Shown piece after piece: positions 46,147 through 56,108 of a stretch of 64,000 bases of DNA. How positions within the stretch are numbered: position 1 is the first letter of the stretch; each line of letters begins with the position of its first letter. Position numbers and translations under genes: made by a program. The notes below the pieces were generated by a model that saw only the letters and a program-made list of their open reading frames with translations, did no database searches and had not been told where the DNA came from. This DNA comes from Escherichia coli 042 (GTDB taxonomy: Bacteria; Pseudomonadota; Gammaproteobacteria; Enterobacterales; Enterobacteriaceae), in assembly GCF_000027125.1 (NCBI RefSeq), contig NC_017626.1; one strand, written 5' to 3'.

Positions 46147-47010
46147 GTGTGGGCGCTAACTGCGGATGCTGATTTTCTGGCGCAGCGGGGGCAAGGACAG
46201 GTTGAACAGGTCTTTGCCAGAGCGGTAAATATCGCACTTCCGGCCCGCCAGCAGTTGCTGACGCTGCTTTGTGAAGAGTACGACAATGCGCCAAACAGTT
46301 GTCGGTTGGCACTCACTCACTTTGATGATCTGTTCCGGCATGGTGATAAGGTTCAGTTTGACGATCAAGGCATTACGGTTGGTCAACATCTTCATATAGA
46401 GATGAGTCGTTGTCGGCGTTGGCTGTCCCCAACCTTGCAAATGACCGCTGTGAATTTTCACCTTATCGCCTGGCAACAGTGGCATGACATTATTCATCAG
46501 CACCTGGGGGAAAATGAAACCCTGTTTAATTATCGCGGCGATAATCCGTTTTATCAGGCGTTAAATAAAGAATTACATATTAAACGACAGGCAGTTATTC
46601 AGGCAGTAAACGATAAACAAAATATCGCCTCAGCGGTCGTCAGTATGATGGGCTTAGGGATTGGCCTTACGCCATCAGCCGACGATTATTTAACAGGTCT
46701 GGCGCTTATTTTATTTATTTCCGGACATCCGTCGGAAAAATACAAAGAGGAATTTTATCTCGGTCTGCAACGCGGCAGAAATAATACCACGTTATTAAGT
46801 GCCATAACGCTGGAAGCCGCATTACAACAACGCTGCCGGGAAAATATTCATCGTTTTATTCATAACATTATTTATGACATCCCTGGGAACGCAACTCAGG
46901 CAATAGAAAAAATTAAACATATTGGCTCCAGTTCCGGCTGCGACATGCTGTATGGCATGGCCGATGGTTGTGCGCTGAGCCAAACCTACGGAGGGAATTA
47001 TGTCAGTTAA
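46147..47010 (+). CDS. yahE: YahE (DUF2877), YlbF-like
   Basis: 287-aa ORF; overlaps the yahF start by 11 nt. Confidence 0.8.
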   Translation: MWALTADADFLAQRGQGQVEQVFARAVNIALPARQQLLTLLCEEYDNAPNSCRLALTHFDDLFRHGDKVQFDDQGITVGQHLHIEMSRCRRWLSPTLQMTAVNFHLIAWQQWHDIIHQHLGENETLFNYRGDNPFYQALNKELHIKRQAVIQAVNDKQNIASAVVSMMGLGIGLTPSADDYLTGLALILFISGHPSEKYKEEFYLGLQRGRNNTTLLSAITLEAALQQRCRENIHRFIHNIIYDIPGNATQAIEKIKHIGSSSGCDMLYGMADGCALSQTYGGNYVS

Positions 47011-48547
47011 AATAGTCATTAAACCGAATACCTATTTTGATTCTGTCTCGCTGATGTCTATCTCCACGCGTGCAAATAAACTCGACGGCGTCGAGCAGGC
47101 ATTTGTGGCGATGGCGACCGAAATGAACAAAGGCGTACTGAAGAATTTAGGGCTGCTGACGCCGGAGCTGGAGCAGGCGAAAAACGGCGACCTGATGATT
47201 GTCATTAACGGCAAAGCGGGCGCAGACAACGAGCAGTTGCTGGTGGAGATTGAAGAACTGTTCAACACCAAAGCGCAAAGCGGCTCGCACGAGGCGCGTT
47301 ACGCCACTATTGCCAGCGCCAAAAAGCATATCCCGGAAAGTAACCTGGCGGTGATTTCGGTCAACGGTCTGTTTGCTGCTCGCGAAGCGCGTCAGGCACT
47401 GCAAAACGATCTTAACGTGATGCTGTTTTCCGATAACGTCTCAGTTGAAGATGAACTGGCGCTCAAACAACTGGCCCACGAAAAAGGGCTGCTGATGATG
47501 GGGCCAGACTGCGGCACGGCGATTATCAACGGCGCGGCGCTCTGCTTTGGTAACGCCGTGCGTCGCGGCAACATCGGTATTGTTGGCGCATCTGGCACCG
47601 GCAGCCAGGAGCTGAGCGTCCGTATCCATGAATTTGGCGGCGGCGTTTCGCAACTGATTGGCACCGGCGGGCGCGACCTGAGCGAGAAAATCGGCGGCCT
47701 GATGATGCTCGACGCCATCGGGATGCTGGAAAACGATCCGCAAACTGAAATCATTGTGCTTATCTCCAAACCGCCTGCGCCTGCGGTGGCCCGCAAAGTG
47801 CTGGAACGCGCACGTGCCTGCCGCAAGCCGGTGGTGGTCTGCTTCCTCGGTCGTGGCGAAACGCCAGTGGATGAGCAGGGGCTACAGTTTGCCCGCGGCA
47901 GTAAAGAGGCGGCATTGAAAGCGGTGATGCTCTCCGGCGTGAAACAGGAACATCTCGAGCTGCATACGCTGAACCAGTCGTTGATTGCTGACGTGCGCGC
48001 TCGCCTGCAACCGCAGCAGAAATACATTCGTGGCCTGTTCTGCGGCGGTACGCTGTGTGACGAAACCATGTTCGCGGTGATGGAAAAACATGGCGATGTC
48101 TACAGCAATATTCAGCCCGATCCTGAATTCCGCCTGCAAGATATCAACCGCAGCATCAAACACACCTTCCTCGACTTTGGCGATGACGACTTCACCAACG
48201 GCAAGCCGCATCCAATGATTGACCCGACCAACCGTATCAGCCGCTTGATCGAAGAGGCGCGCGATCCAGAAGTGGCGGTGATCGTGATGGATTTTGTGCT
48301 CGGATTTGGATCGCATGAAGATCCGGTCGGTTCCACCATCGAGGCGATCAAAGAGGCGAAAGCGATCGCCGCTGCCGAAGGACGTGAGTTGATCATTCTC
48401 GCCTATGTGCTGGGTACCGATCTTGATACGCCATCATTAGAACAACAAAGCCAGATGCTGCTTGATGCCGGAGTGATTCTGGCAAGCAGCAGCACCAATA
48501 CCGGATTGCTGGCGCGTGAATTTATCTGCAAAGGGGAGGAAGCCTGA
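47000..48547 (+). CDS. yahF: YahF, FdrA-like protein with succinyl-CoA-synthetase-alpha-like CoA-binding fold
   Basis: 515-aa ORF; Gly-rich nucleotide/CoA-binding segments (GIVGASGTGSQE, GTGGRD). Confidence 0.85.
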   Translation: MSVKIVIKPNTYFDSVSLMSISTRANKLDGVEQAFVAMATEMNKGVLKNLGLLTPELEQAKNGDLMIVINGKAGADNEQLLVEIEELFNTKAQSGSHEARYATIASAKKHIPESNLAVISVNGLFAAREARQALQNDLNVMLFSDNVSVEDELALKQLAHEKGLLMMGPDCGTAIINGAALCFGNAVRRGNIGIVGASGTGSQELSVRIHEFGGGVSQLIGTGGRDLSEKIGGLMMLDAIGMLENDPQTEIIVLISKPPAPAVARKVLERARACRKPVVVCFLGRGETPVDEQGLQFARGSKEAALKAVMLSGVKQEHLELHTLNQSLIADVRARLQPQQKYIRGLFCGGTLCDETMFAVMEKHGDVYSNIQPDPEFRLQDINRSIKHTFLDFGDDDFTNGKPHPMIDPTNRISRLIEEARDPEVAVIVMDFVLGFGSHEDPVGSTIEAIKEAKAIAAAEGRELIILAYVLGTDLDTPSLEQQSQMLLDAGVILASSSTNTGLLAREFICKGEEA

Positions 48548-49965
48548 TGAGCCAGTCACTGTTTAGCCAACCGTTGAACGTTATTAACGTCGGCATCGCC
48601 ATGTTTAGCGATGATCTGAAAAAGCAGCATGTAGAAGTGACCCAACTCGACTGGACGCCGCCGGGGCAGGGCAATATGCAGGTGGTGCAGGCGCTGGACA
48701 ACATTGCCGATTCCCCGCTGGCGGACAAAATCGCCTCCGCGAATCAGCAGGCGCTGGAGCGCATTATTCAGTCACATCCGGTGCTGATTGGTTTTGATCA
48801 GGCGATTAACGTGGTGCCGGGCATGACGCCGAAAACCATTCTTCACGCCGGGCCGCCGATCACCTGGGAAAAAATGTGCGGTGCGATGAAAGGCGCGGTC
48901 ACCGGGGCGCTGGTGTTCGAAGGGCTGGCGAAAGATCTCGACGAGGCGGCTGAACTGGCGGCCTCCGGGGAGATCTCCTTCTCGCCGTGCCACGAACATG
49001 ACTGCGTGGGATCGATGGCTGGTGTTACCTCGGCCTCGATGTTTATGCACATCGTAAAAAACAAAACCTACGGCAACATCGCTTACACCAATATGAGCGA
49101 GCAGATGGCGAAGATTTTGCGTATGGGCGCTAACGACCAGAGCGTGATTGACCGCCTCAACTGGATGCGCGATGTGCAGGGGCCCATGCTGCGCGACGCG
49201 ATGAAAATTATCGGCGAGATCGATCTGCGCTTGATGCTGGCGCAGGCGCTGCATATGGGCGATGAATGCCATAACCGCAATAACGCCGGGACTACGCTGC
49301 TGATTCAGGCGCTGACGCCGGGGATTATTCAGGCGGGCTATTCCGTCGAGCAACAGCGCGAAGTGTTTGAGTTTGTCGCCAGCAGCGACTACTTCTCCGG
49401 CCCGACGTGGATGGCGATGTGTAAAGCGGCGATGGATGCGGCGCACGGCATCGAATACAGCACCGTGGTGACCACGATGGCGCGTAACGGCGTCGAGTTC
49501 GGCCTGCGGGTCAGCGGATTACCGGGGCAGTGGTTTACCGGTCCGGCGCAGCAGGTGATCGGCCCGATGTTTGCCGGTTATAAGCCGGAAGATTCTGGAT
49601 TGGATATTGGCGACAGTGCCATCACCGAAACCTACGGTATTGGCGGATTTGCTATGGCGACCGCGCCTGCAATCGTCGCGCTGGTGGGCGGTACGGTGGA
49701 AGAGGCTATCGATTTCTCCCGTCAGATGCGCGAAATCACTCTCGGCGAAAACCCCAACGTCACCATTCCGCTGCTCGGTTTTATGGGCGTGCCGTCGGCA
49801 ATCGACATCACCCGCGTGGGCAGTAGCGGCATTCTGCCAGTGATCAACACCGCCATCGCTCATAAAGATGCGGGCATCGGCATGATTGGCGCGGGCATTG
49901 TGCATCCACCATTCGCCTGCTTCGAAAAAGCCATTCTTGGCTGGTGCGAACGTTACGGCGTCTGA
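48547..49965 (+). CDS. yahG: YahG (DUF1116), YlbE-like
   Basis: 472-aa ORF; its ATG overlaps the yahF stop (TGATG). Confidence 0.85.
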   Translation: MSQSLFSQPLNVINVGIAMFSDDLKKQHVEVTQLDWTPPGQGNMQVVQALDNIADSPLADKIASANQQALERIIQSHPVLIGFDQAINVVPGMTPKTILHAGPPITWEKMCGAMKGAVTGALVFEGLAKDLDEAAELAASGEISFSPCHEHDCVGSMAGVTSASMFMHIVKNKTYGNIAYTNMSEQMAKILRMGANDQSVIDRLNWMRDVQGPMLRDAMKIIGEIDLRLMLAQALHMGDECHNRNNAGTTLLIQALTPGIIQAGYSVEQQREVFEFVASSDYFSGPTWMAMCKAAMDAAHGIEYSTVVTTMARNGVEFGLRVSGLPGQWFTGPAQQVIGPMFAGYKPEDSGLDIGDSAITETYGIGGFAMATAPAIVALVGGTVEEAIDFSRQMREITLGENPNVTIPLLGFMGVPSAIDITRVGSSGILPVINTAIAHKDAGIGMIGAGIVHPPFACFEKAILGWCERYGV

Positions 49966-49984
49966 CCTGCAAAGTGCGCGTTGT

Positions 49985-50165
49985 CTCTGCCGGATGCGGC
50001 GTGAACGCCTTATCCGGCCTACGAGTGGCGCGAGAATCTGTAGGCCTGATAAGCGTAGCGCATCAGGCATTTGTCACCATTGCCGGATGCGGCGTGAACG
50101 CCTTATCCGGCCTACGAATGGCACGAGAATTCTAGGCCTGATAAGCGTAGCGCATCAGGCAGTCT
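49985..50165. repeat. REP/BIME element pair (two inverted REP units) between yahG and yahI
   Basis: Two copies of GCCGGATGCGGCGTGAACGCCTTATCCGGCCTACG and two of TAGGCCTGATAAGCGTAGCGCATCAGGC in alternating orientation. Confidence 0.7.
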
Positions 50166-50210
50166 GGCGTTGGTCATAACCCCATCACCCTCTGTAGCGG
50201 ACATAACAAC

Positions 50211-51161
50211 ATGAAAGAACTTGTGGTCGTTGCCATTGGTGGCAACAGCATTATCAAAGATAACGCCAGCCAGTCGATTGAGCATCAGGCGGAGGCGGTG
50301 AAAGCCGTGGCCGATACGGTGCTGGAAATGCTGGCTTCCGATTACGACATTGTGCTGACCCACGGCAACGGGCCGCAGGTCGGGCTGGATTTACGCCGTG
50401 CGGAGATTGCCCACGAGCGTGAAGGGCTGCCCTTAATGCCGCTGGCGAACTGTGTGGCAGATACGCAAGGCGGCATTGGCTACTTGATCCAGCAGGCGCT
50501 GAACAACCGACTGGCGCGTCACAGCGAGAAAAAAGCCGTCACCGTGGTGACTCAGGTGGAAGTGGATATAAACGATCCGGGTTTTGCTCATCCCACCAAG
50601 CCCATCGGCGCATTCTTCAGTGAAAGCCAGCGTGACGAATTACAAAAGGCAAACCCTGACTGGCGTTTTGTTGAAGATGCCGGACGGGGCTATCGCCGCG
50701 TGGTCGCCTCGCCGGAACCGAAACGTATTGTCGAGGCACCTGCCATTAAGGCGCTGATCCAACAAGGCTTTGTCGTAATTGGTGCGGGCGGCGGTGGAAT
50801 TCCGGTAGTGCGTACTGACGCGGGGGATTACCAAAGCGTGGACGCGGTTATCGACAAAGATCTCTCTACCGCGCTGCTGGCCCGTGAAATTCACGCCGAC
50901 ATTCTGGTGATCACCACCGGCGTCGAAAAAGTCTGTATTCACTTTGGCAAGCCGCAGCAGCAGGCGCTGGATCGGGTGGATATTGCCACCATGACCCGCT
51001 ATATGCAGGAAGGGCATTTCCCGCCTGGCAGCATGTTGCCAAAAATCATCGCCAGCCTGGCGTTCCTGGAACAGGGCGGCAAAGAAGTGATTATCACCAC
51101 GCCGGAATGCCTGCCTGCGGCGCTGCGTGGTGAAACGGGCACCCACATTATTAAAACGTAA
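50211..51161 (+). CDS. yahI: YahI, carbamate kinase-like protein (ArcC family)
   Basis: 316-aa ORF; amino-acid-kinase-fold N-terminus (VVAIGGNSI...THGNGPQVG), as in carbamate kinases. Confidence 0.85.
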   Translation: MKELVVVAIGGNSIIKDNASQSIEHQAEAVKAVADTVLEMLASDYDIVLTHGNGPQVGLDLRRAEIAHEREGLPLMPLANCVADTQGGIGYLIQQALNNRLARHSEKKAVTVVTQVEVDINDPGFAHPTKPIGAFFSESQRDELQKANPDWRFVEDAGRGYRRVVASPEPKRIVEAPAIKALIQQGFVVIGAGGGGIPVVRTDAGDYQSVDAVIDKDLSTALLAREIHADILVITTGVEKVCIHFGKPQQQALDRVDIATMTRYMQEGHFPPGSMLPKIIASLAFLEQGGKEVIITTPECLPAALRGETGTHIIKT

Positions 51162-51170
51162 GGACGTAAG

Positions 51171-52550
51171 ATGAAAGAAAACAATAGCCGCCGTGAATTT
51201 CTGAGCCAGAGCGGTAAGATGGTCACCGCCGCCGCGCTGTTTGGTACCTCTGTGCCGCTCGCCCATGCGGCAGTCTCTGGCACAACCCACTGCGACGCGA
51301 ATAACACCATGAAAATCACTGACCCGCACTACTATCTCGACAACGTGCTGCTGGAAACCGGTTTTGACTACGAAAATGGCGTGGCGGTACAGACCCGCAT
51401 GGCGCGCCAGACCGTGGAGATTCAGGACGGTAAAATTGTTGCCCTGCGCGAGAACAAGCAGCATCCGGACGCCACGCTGCCGCACTATGACGCTGGCGGT
51501 AAGCTGATGCTGCCCACCACCCGCGACATGCATATTCATCTCGACAAAACCTTCTACGGCGGGCCGTGGCGCTCGCTCAATCGTCCGGCAGGCACCACTA
51601 TCCAGGACATGATCAAACTCGAGCAGAAAATGCTGCCGGAACTGCAACCGTACACTCAGGAACGAGCGGAAAAACTGATCGATTTATTGCAGTCGAAAGG
51701 CACCACCATTGCCCGCAGCCACTGCAATATCGAACCGGTTTCCGGCCTGAAAAATCTGCAAAATTTGCAGGCGGTGCTGGCGCGACGTCAGGCGGGCTTC
51801 GAGTGTGAAATTGTCGCCTTCCCGCAGCACGGTTTGCTGCTGTCGAAATCGGAACCCTTAATGCGCGAAGCGATGCAGGCAGGGGCGCATTACGTCGGCG
51901 GGCTGGACCCAACCAGTGTTGATGGCGCGATGGAAAAATCCCTCGACACCATGTTCCAGATTGCGCTGGACTACGACAAAGGCGTCGATATTCACCTACA
52001 CGAAACCACTCCGGCAGGCGTGGCAGCCATCAATTATATGGTTGAAACGGTAGAGAAAACGCCACAGCTGAAGGGCAAGCTGACCATCAGCCACGCCTTT
52101 GCGCTGGCAACGCTCAATGAGCAACAGGTAGATGAACTGGCGCACCGGATGGCGGCGCAGCAAATTTCTATCGCCTCGACGGTGCCGATTGGCACGTTGC
52201 ATATGCCGCTCAAACAACTGCACGACAAAGGCGTAAAAGTTATGACCGGCACCGACAGCGTTATCGACCACTGGTCGCCTTACGGCCTGGGCGACATGCT
52301 GGAAAAAGCCAATCTGTACGCGCAGCTCTATATTCGTCCTAACGAACAGAACCTCTCCCGCTCGCTGTTTTTAGCCACTGGCGATGTATTGCCGCTCAAC
52401 GAAAAAGGCGAGCGCGTGTGGCCCAAAGCGCAGGATGACGCCAGTTTTGTGCTGGTGGACGCCTCCTGTTCCGCCGAGGCGGTGGCGCGTATCTCGCCGA
52501 GAACGGCAACGTTCCATAAAGGACAACTGGTGTGGGGGAGTGTGGTGTAA
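51171..52550 (+). CDS. yahJ: YahJ, metal-dependent amidohydrolase/deaminase with twin-arginine (Tat) signal peptide
   Basis: 459-aa ORF; N-terminal SRREFLSQSGKMVTAAALFGTSVPLAHA is a Tat motif with h-region and AxA site; amidohydrolase-superfamily His/Asp metal-ligand pattern. Confidence 0.85.
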   Translation: MKENNSRREFLSQSGKMVTAAALFGTSVPLAHAAVSGTTHCDANNTMKITDPHYYLDNVLLETGFDYENGVAVQTRMARQTVEIQDGKIVALRENKQHPDATLPHYDAGGKLMLPTTRDMHIHLDKTFYGGPWRSLNRPAGTTIQDMIKLEQKMLPELQPYTQERAEKLIDLLQSKGTTIARSHCNIEPVSGLKNLQNLQAVLARRQAGFECEIVAFPQHGLLLSKSEPLMREAMQAGAHYVGGLDPTSVDGAMEKSLDTMFQIALDYDKGVDIHLHETTPAGVAAINYMVETVEKTPQLKGKLTISHAFALATLNEQQVDELAHRMAAQQISIASTVPIGTLHMPLKQLHDKGVKVMTGTDSVIDHWSPYGLGDMLEKANLYAQLYIRPNEQNLSRSLFLATGDVLPLNEKGERVWPKAQDDASFVLVDASCSAEAVARISPRTATFHKGQLVWGSVV

Positions 52551-52669
52551 CGTTATCAGCGAGGATATCCGGGCAGGCACTATTCCGATTTTAAAACCCG
52601 ATATCCTCTGCGTTTTGCCCATGACGTACACTGCGGATTATCTTTTTTATCCAGGGATGGATAGACGCC

Positions 52670-53317
52670 GTGAAATTTCTTTGGTTATCGCTGTTGTTTC
52701 TGAGTCAGGCCGTCCTGGCAACTTGCCCTGCTGGAAATTCACAACACGAATGCGAGGCGGTGCGCATACAGCCCCTGGTCACGCCGGAGCAGAAAAAAGA
52801 TGCCTTAACGCAATTGCAAAAGTTTCAGCAAGCGCTGAGTGCAAAGAATGCCACGAAACTAAAAACCTTCTTAAAATTCCCCTACGATACCTATTTCGGC
52901 TTTCTCGCTGAGATTGAGTTGCCTGAATCTGAACCCTTCACAGAAGCACTATTTGATCGCCATTCAGAAACCATTATGCGGCGTCTGCATAATGTCACAA
53001 AATTCACGATACATCCGGGTACCCAATGGATTGATGATTATCTCAGTCATTCGCTGACGCCAGCGGAGCAAAAAAGAAAATATTATCCCCTCAATGATGG
53101 ACGTTTCTATTACGAAGAGAAAGGGGAGCGCCACTACGTCACGGGAATATGTGAACTGGCGATGTCGGGGAATATTTCTGACGATGGCATTACGCTGAAT
53201 ATTGGTTCGCAGGCTAATGAACAAATTCCACCGGCTGTTTGTGATGGCACAACTATACTGGAATTTGGCATGATTAACGGGCAGTTAAAGTTATTGCGTG
53301 TTTCTTTTGCGGGGTAA
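52670..53317 (+). CDS. Hypothetical exported protein with four Cys, no family recognised
   Basis: 215-aa ORF from GTG with GGGATGG upstream; signal peptide MKFLWLSLLFLSQAVLA; four Cys in the mature part. No recognisable family, so whether it is a real gene is uncertain. Confidence 0.5.
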   Translation: MKFLWLSLLFLSQAVLATCPAGNSQHECEAVRIQPLVTPEQKKDALTQLQKFQQALSAKNATKLKTFLKFPYDTYFGFLAEIELPESEPFTEALFDRHSETIMRRLHNVTKFTIHPGTQWIDDYLSHSLTPAEQKRKYYPLNDGRFYYEEKGERHYVTGICELAMSGNISDDGITLNIGSQANEQIPPAVCDGTTILEFGMINGQLKLLRVSFAG

Positions 53318-53588
53318 ACGGCGTGTGCGTAATAATTGAATTTCACGGCAGTCTAATTCGCCAGTCACGATACCGCCCCGGTTTTAAGGCGGAAAAGGGA
53401 TATCGCTGGTGCCAGAAAGTGTGATCTGCCACGAAAAACGACACCACTATTGGTCATTAAACTCTCCGGTATCAACGTCTCAGAGCCCATCACGGGCAAC
53501 CATTCATTGGCTATATTGAATGAGCGAGTTTTGCTGCAAAGACGTTCCTCACATCATCCAGATACCTCTTCGAACAGGAGTGAATGCA

Positions 53589-54638
53589 ATGAATATCAAG
53601 GCTATTGGTGCTTATTCCGCGACGCAACCGCTGGAACCGATGGATATTACCAGGCGTGAACCGGGACCGCATGATGTCAAAATTGAAATCGCTTACTGTG
53701 GCGTCTGCCATTCCGATATCCACCAGGTCCGTTCCGAGTGGGCGGGGACGGTTTACCCCTGCGTGCCGGGTCATGAAATTGTGGGGCGTGTGGTAGCCGT
53801 TGGTGATCAGGTAGAAAAACATGCGACGGGCGATCTGGTCGGTGTCGGCTGTATTGTCGACAGTTGTAAACATTGCGAAGAGTGTGAAGACGGGCTGGAA
53901 AACTACTGTGATCACATGACCGGCACCTATAACTCGCCGACGCCGGACGAACCGGGCCATACGCTGGGCGGCTACTCACAACAGATCGTCGTTCATGAGC
54001 GATATGTTCTGCGTATTCGTCACCCGCAAGAGCAGCTGGCGGCGGTGGCTCCTTTATTGTGTGCAGGGATCACCACATACTCGCCGCTACGTCACTGGCA
54101 GGCCGGGCCGGGTAAAAAAGTGGGCGTGGTTGGCATCGGCGGTCTGGGACATATGGGGATTAAGCTGGCCCACGCGATGGGGGCACATGTGGTGGCATTT
54201 ACCACTTCTGAGGCAAAACGCGAAGCGGCAAAAGCCCTGGGGGCCGATGAAGTTGTTAACTCACGCAATGCCGATGAGATGGCGGCTCATCTGAAGAGTT
54301 TCGATTTCATTTTGAATACAGTAGCTGCGCCACATAATCTCGACGATTTTACCACCTTGCTGAAGCGCGATGGCACCATGACGCTGGTTGGTACGCCTGC
54401 GACACCGCATAAATCGCCGGAAGTTTTCAACCTGATCATGAAACGCCGCGCGATAGCCGGCTCTATGATTGGCGGCATTCCAGAAACACAGGAGATGCTC
54501 GATTTTTGCGCCGAACATGGCATCGTGGCTGATATAGAGATGATTCGGGCCGATCAAATTAATGAAGCCTATGAGCGAATGCTGCGAGGAGATGTGAAAT
54601 ATCGTTTTGTTATCGATAATCGCACACTAACAGACTGA
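53589..54638 (+). CDS. yahK: YahK (AhR), NADPH-dependent aldehyde reductase, Zn-dependent medium-chain dehydrogenase
   Basis: ORF 53520..54638; start set at ATG 53589 (MNIKAIGAYSA) with AGGAG SD, 349 aa; Zn-ligand motifs (GVCHSD, CKHCEECEDG) and GxGxxG. Confidence 0.85.
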   Translation: MNIKAIGAYSATQPLEPMDITRREPGPHDVKIEIAYCGVCHSDIHQVRSEWAGTVYPCVPGHEIVGRVVAVGDQVEKHATGDLVGVGCIVDSCKHCEECEDGLENYCDHMTGTYNSPTPDEPGHTLGGYSQQIVVHERYVLRIRHPQEQLAAVAPLLCAGITTYSPLRHWQAGPGKKVGVVGIGGLGHMGIKLAHAMGAHVVAFTTSEAKREAAKALGADEVVNSRNADEMAAHLKSFDFILNTVAAPHNLDDFTTLLKRDGTMTLVGTPATPHKSPEVFNLIMKRRAIAGSMIGGIPETQEMLDFCAEHGIVADIEMIRADQINEAYERMLRGDVKYRFVIDNRTLTD

Positions 54639-54678
54639 AACAATTAATAAATACCCTGTGGTTTAACATATTAACTTC

Positions 54679-54711
54679 GCTCTCCACTTAACTTTTTAGT
54701 TAAGGAGAGCG
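54679..54711 (+). terminator. Strong hairpin downstream of yahK (putative terminator)
   Basis: CGCTCTCC ... GGAGAGCG outer stem with an inner CTTAACT/AGTTAAG stem around a TTTT loop (about 14 bp total with a small bulge); no clear T-run. Confidence 0.4.
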
Positions 54712-54880
54712 AAATAATATCAAAGTAGCGGTAAAACCTATAACGTAAATTCAAATTGTTAAATTAACTCCCTCCAGGACACAATACTTCATACGTTAGT
54801 TATGAGCGATTTCTGATAGTGCCTGGTTTAATCAGGGCTTTATTATCTGCGACGTTTATTTTTATTTAAGAGAGATCGCG

Positions 54881-55696
54881 ATGATATCATTAAAAGCTCC
54901 GTACAATAATTTGATGCCATATACGCAACAAAGCATACTTAATACGGTTAAAAACAATCAGTTACCGGAGGATATCAAAAGCTCCCTGGTTTCCTGTGTC
55001 GATATATTCAAGGTTTTGATTAAACAATATTATGATTATCCTTATGATTGTCGTGATGATTTAGTCGATGATGACAAACTCATTCATCTCATGGCTGCCG
55101 TACGAGACTGTGAGTGGTCAGACGATAACGCACTTACCATAAATGTACAGTTTAATGATTTCCCGGGATTTTATGACTGGATGGATTACCCTGATTACCC
55201 GGTTAAGTTTGTTTTTCGCATACTTGAAAATCAAAAAGGGACAGTTTGGGTATATGACCAGGATGATGCGTTTCTTGATATTAAAGCAAATGTGCAGGCT
55301 GGACGCTTTACCGGGCTTAAGAAATTAGTGCAGTTTATCGATTCAGTGCGAACAGATTGCAAATGTATTCTTCTTGAACACCATATGCCTTTACTGAGAC
55401 TTTTCCCTAAAGGGAAAGAGTGTATGCATGTGGAAAAATGGCTTCGCGAAATGTCGTCTATTCCGGAGAGCGACGCACCAATTAAGCAGGCGCTTGCGCA
55501 TGGATTATTATTACACTTAAAAAATATCTACCCTGTTTTTCCTGAATCGCTGGTGATGTTATTGCTCTCTGTTCTGGACGTAAAAACATACAGAGATGAT
55601 GCGCGATTAAACGAATGGATATCGAATAGAGTGCAGGAATTAGGTGACAGATATTATCCTGTAAATAAGCACGTTAAAATCCGCTACACTCTTTAG
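54881..55696 (+). CDS. yahL: YahL, uncharacterised protein
   Basis: 271-aa ORF in the expected position and size. Confidence 0.7.
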   Translation: MISLKAPYNNLMPYTQQSILNTVKNNQLPEDIKSSLVSCVDIFKVLIKQYYDYPYDCRDDLVDDDKLIHLMAAVRDCEWSDDNALTINVQFNDFPGFYDWMDYPDYPVKFVFRILENQKGTVWVYDQDDAFLDIKANVQAGRFTGLKKLVQFIDSVRTDCKCILLEHHMPLLRLFPKGKECMHVEKWLREMSSIPESDAPIKQALAHGLLLHLKNIYPVFPESLVMLLLSVLDVKTYRDDARLNEWISNRVQELGDRYYPVNKHVKIRYTL

Positions 55697-56108
55697 TTCA
55701 GAAAGGGTTCCACCTGCAAGTTGTTATTCCAGCAGAGAGTGAATCGCAAAGCAGGTGATCATTTCATCTGTATATCCGTATGCCAAATGGCATTCCACCG
55801 CCTTTTTCGCCGATATTTTGTTGTGATCGGCGACGCTTCGCTTAAAAAATCACCAGTAGTAGTTTTGCAGCTATGTGGTGTATAAAAAATGATCTCATGC
55901 AGGTGTTTTGTGAATGTGTGGGTTGACATTCATATGAAAAAAATCATAATTCCATCATGTTTGTGTGGGGTCTTTTCTGTACCTTACGCATCGCACTCAA
56001 GCCTGACAGAAAATATGCTGTAAGGCTCATATCAAAAACCGCCATTAGCTCATCAGGAAGAGCAGACGACAACCAGGATTGTTGTATGGTACGGGGTTCG
56101 AGGCCTCG

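Noticed and set aside
45708-46316. 202-aa minus-strand ORF overlapping yahD and yahE
   Set aside because: Antisense to the ankyrin-repeat gene; Ser/Ala-rich low-complexity product.
47392-48316. 225-aa and 144-aa minus-strand ORFs inside yahF
   Set aside because: Antisense to a gene with clear nucleotide-binding motifs; no start context.
49985-50165. Small ORFs 49886..50179 and 49944..50135 between yahG and yahI
   Set aside because: They lie entirely within REP palindromes; translation is an artefact of the repeat.
50640-51647. 335-aa minus-strand ORF spanning yahI and yahJ
   Set aside because: Antisense across two well-supported plus-strand genes and their intergenic gap; no homology features.
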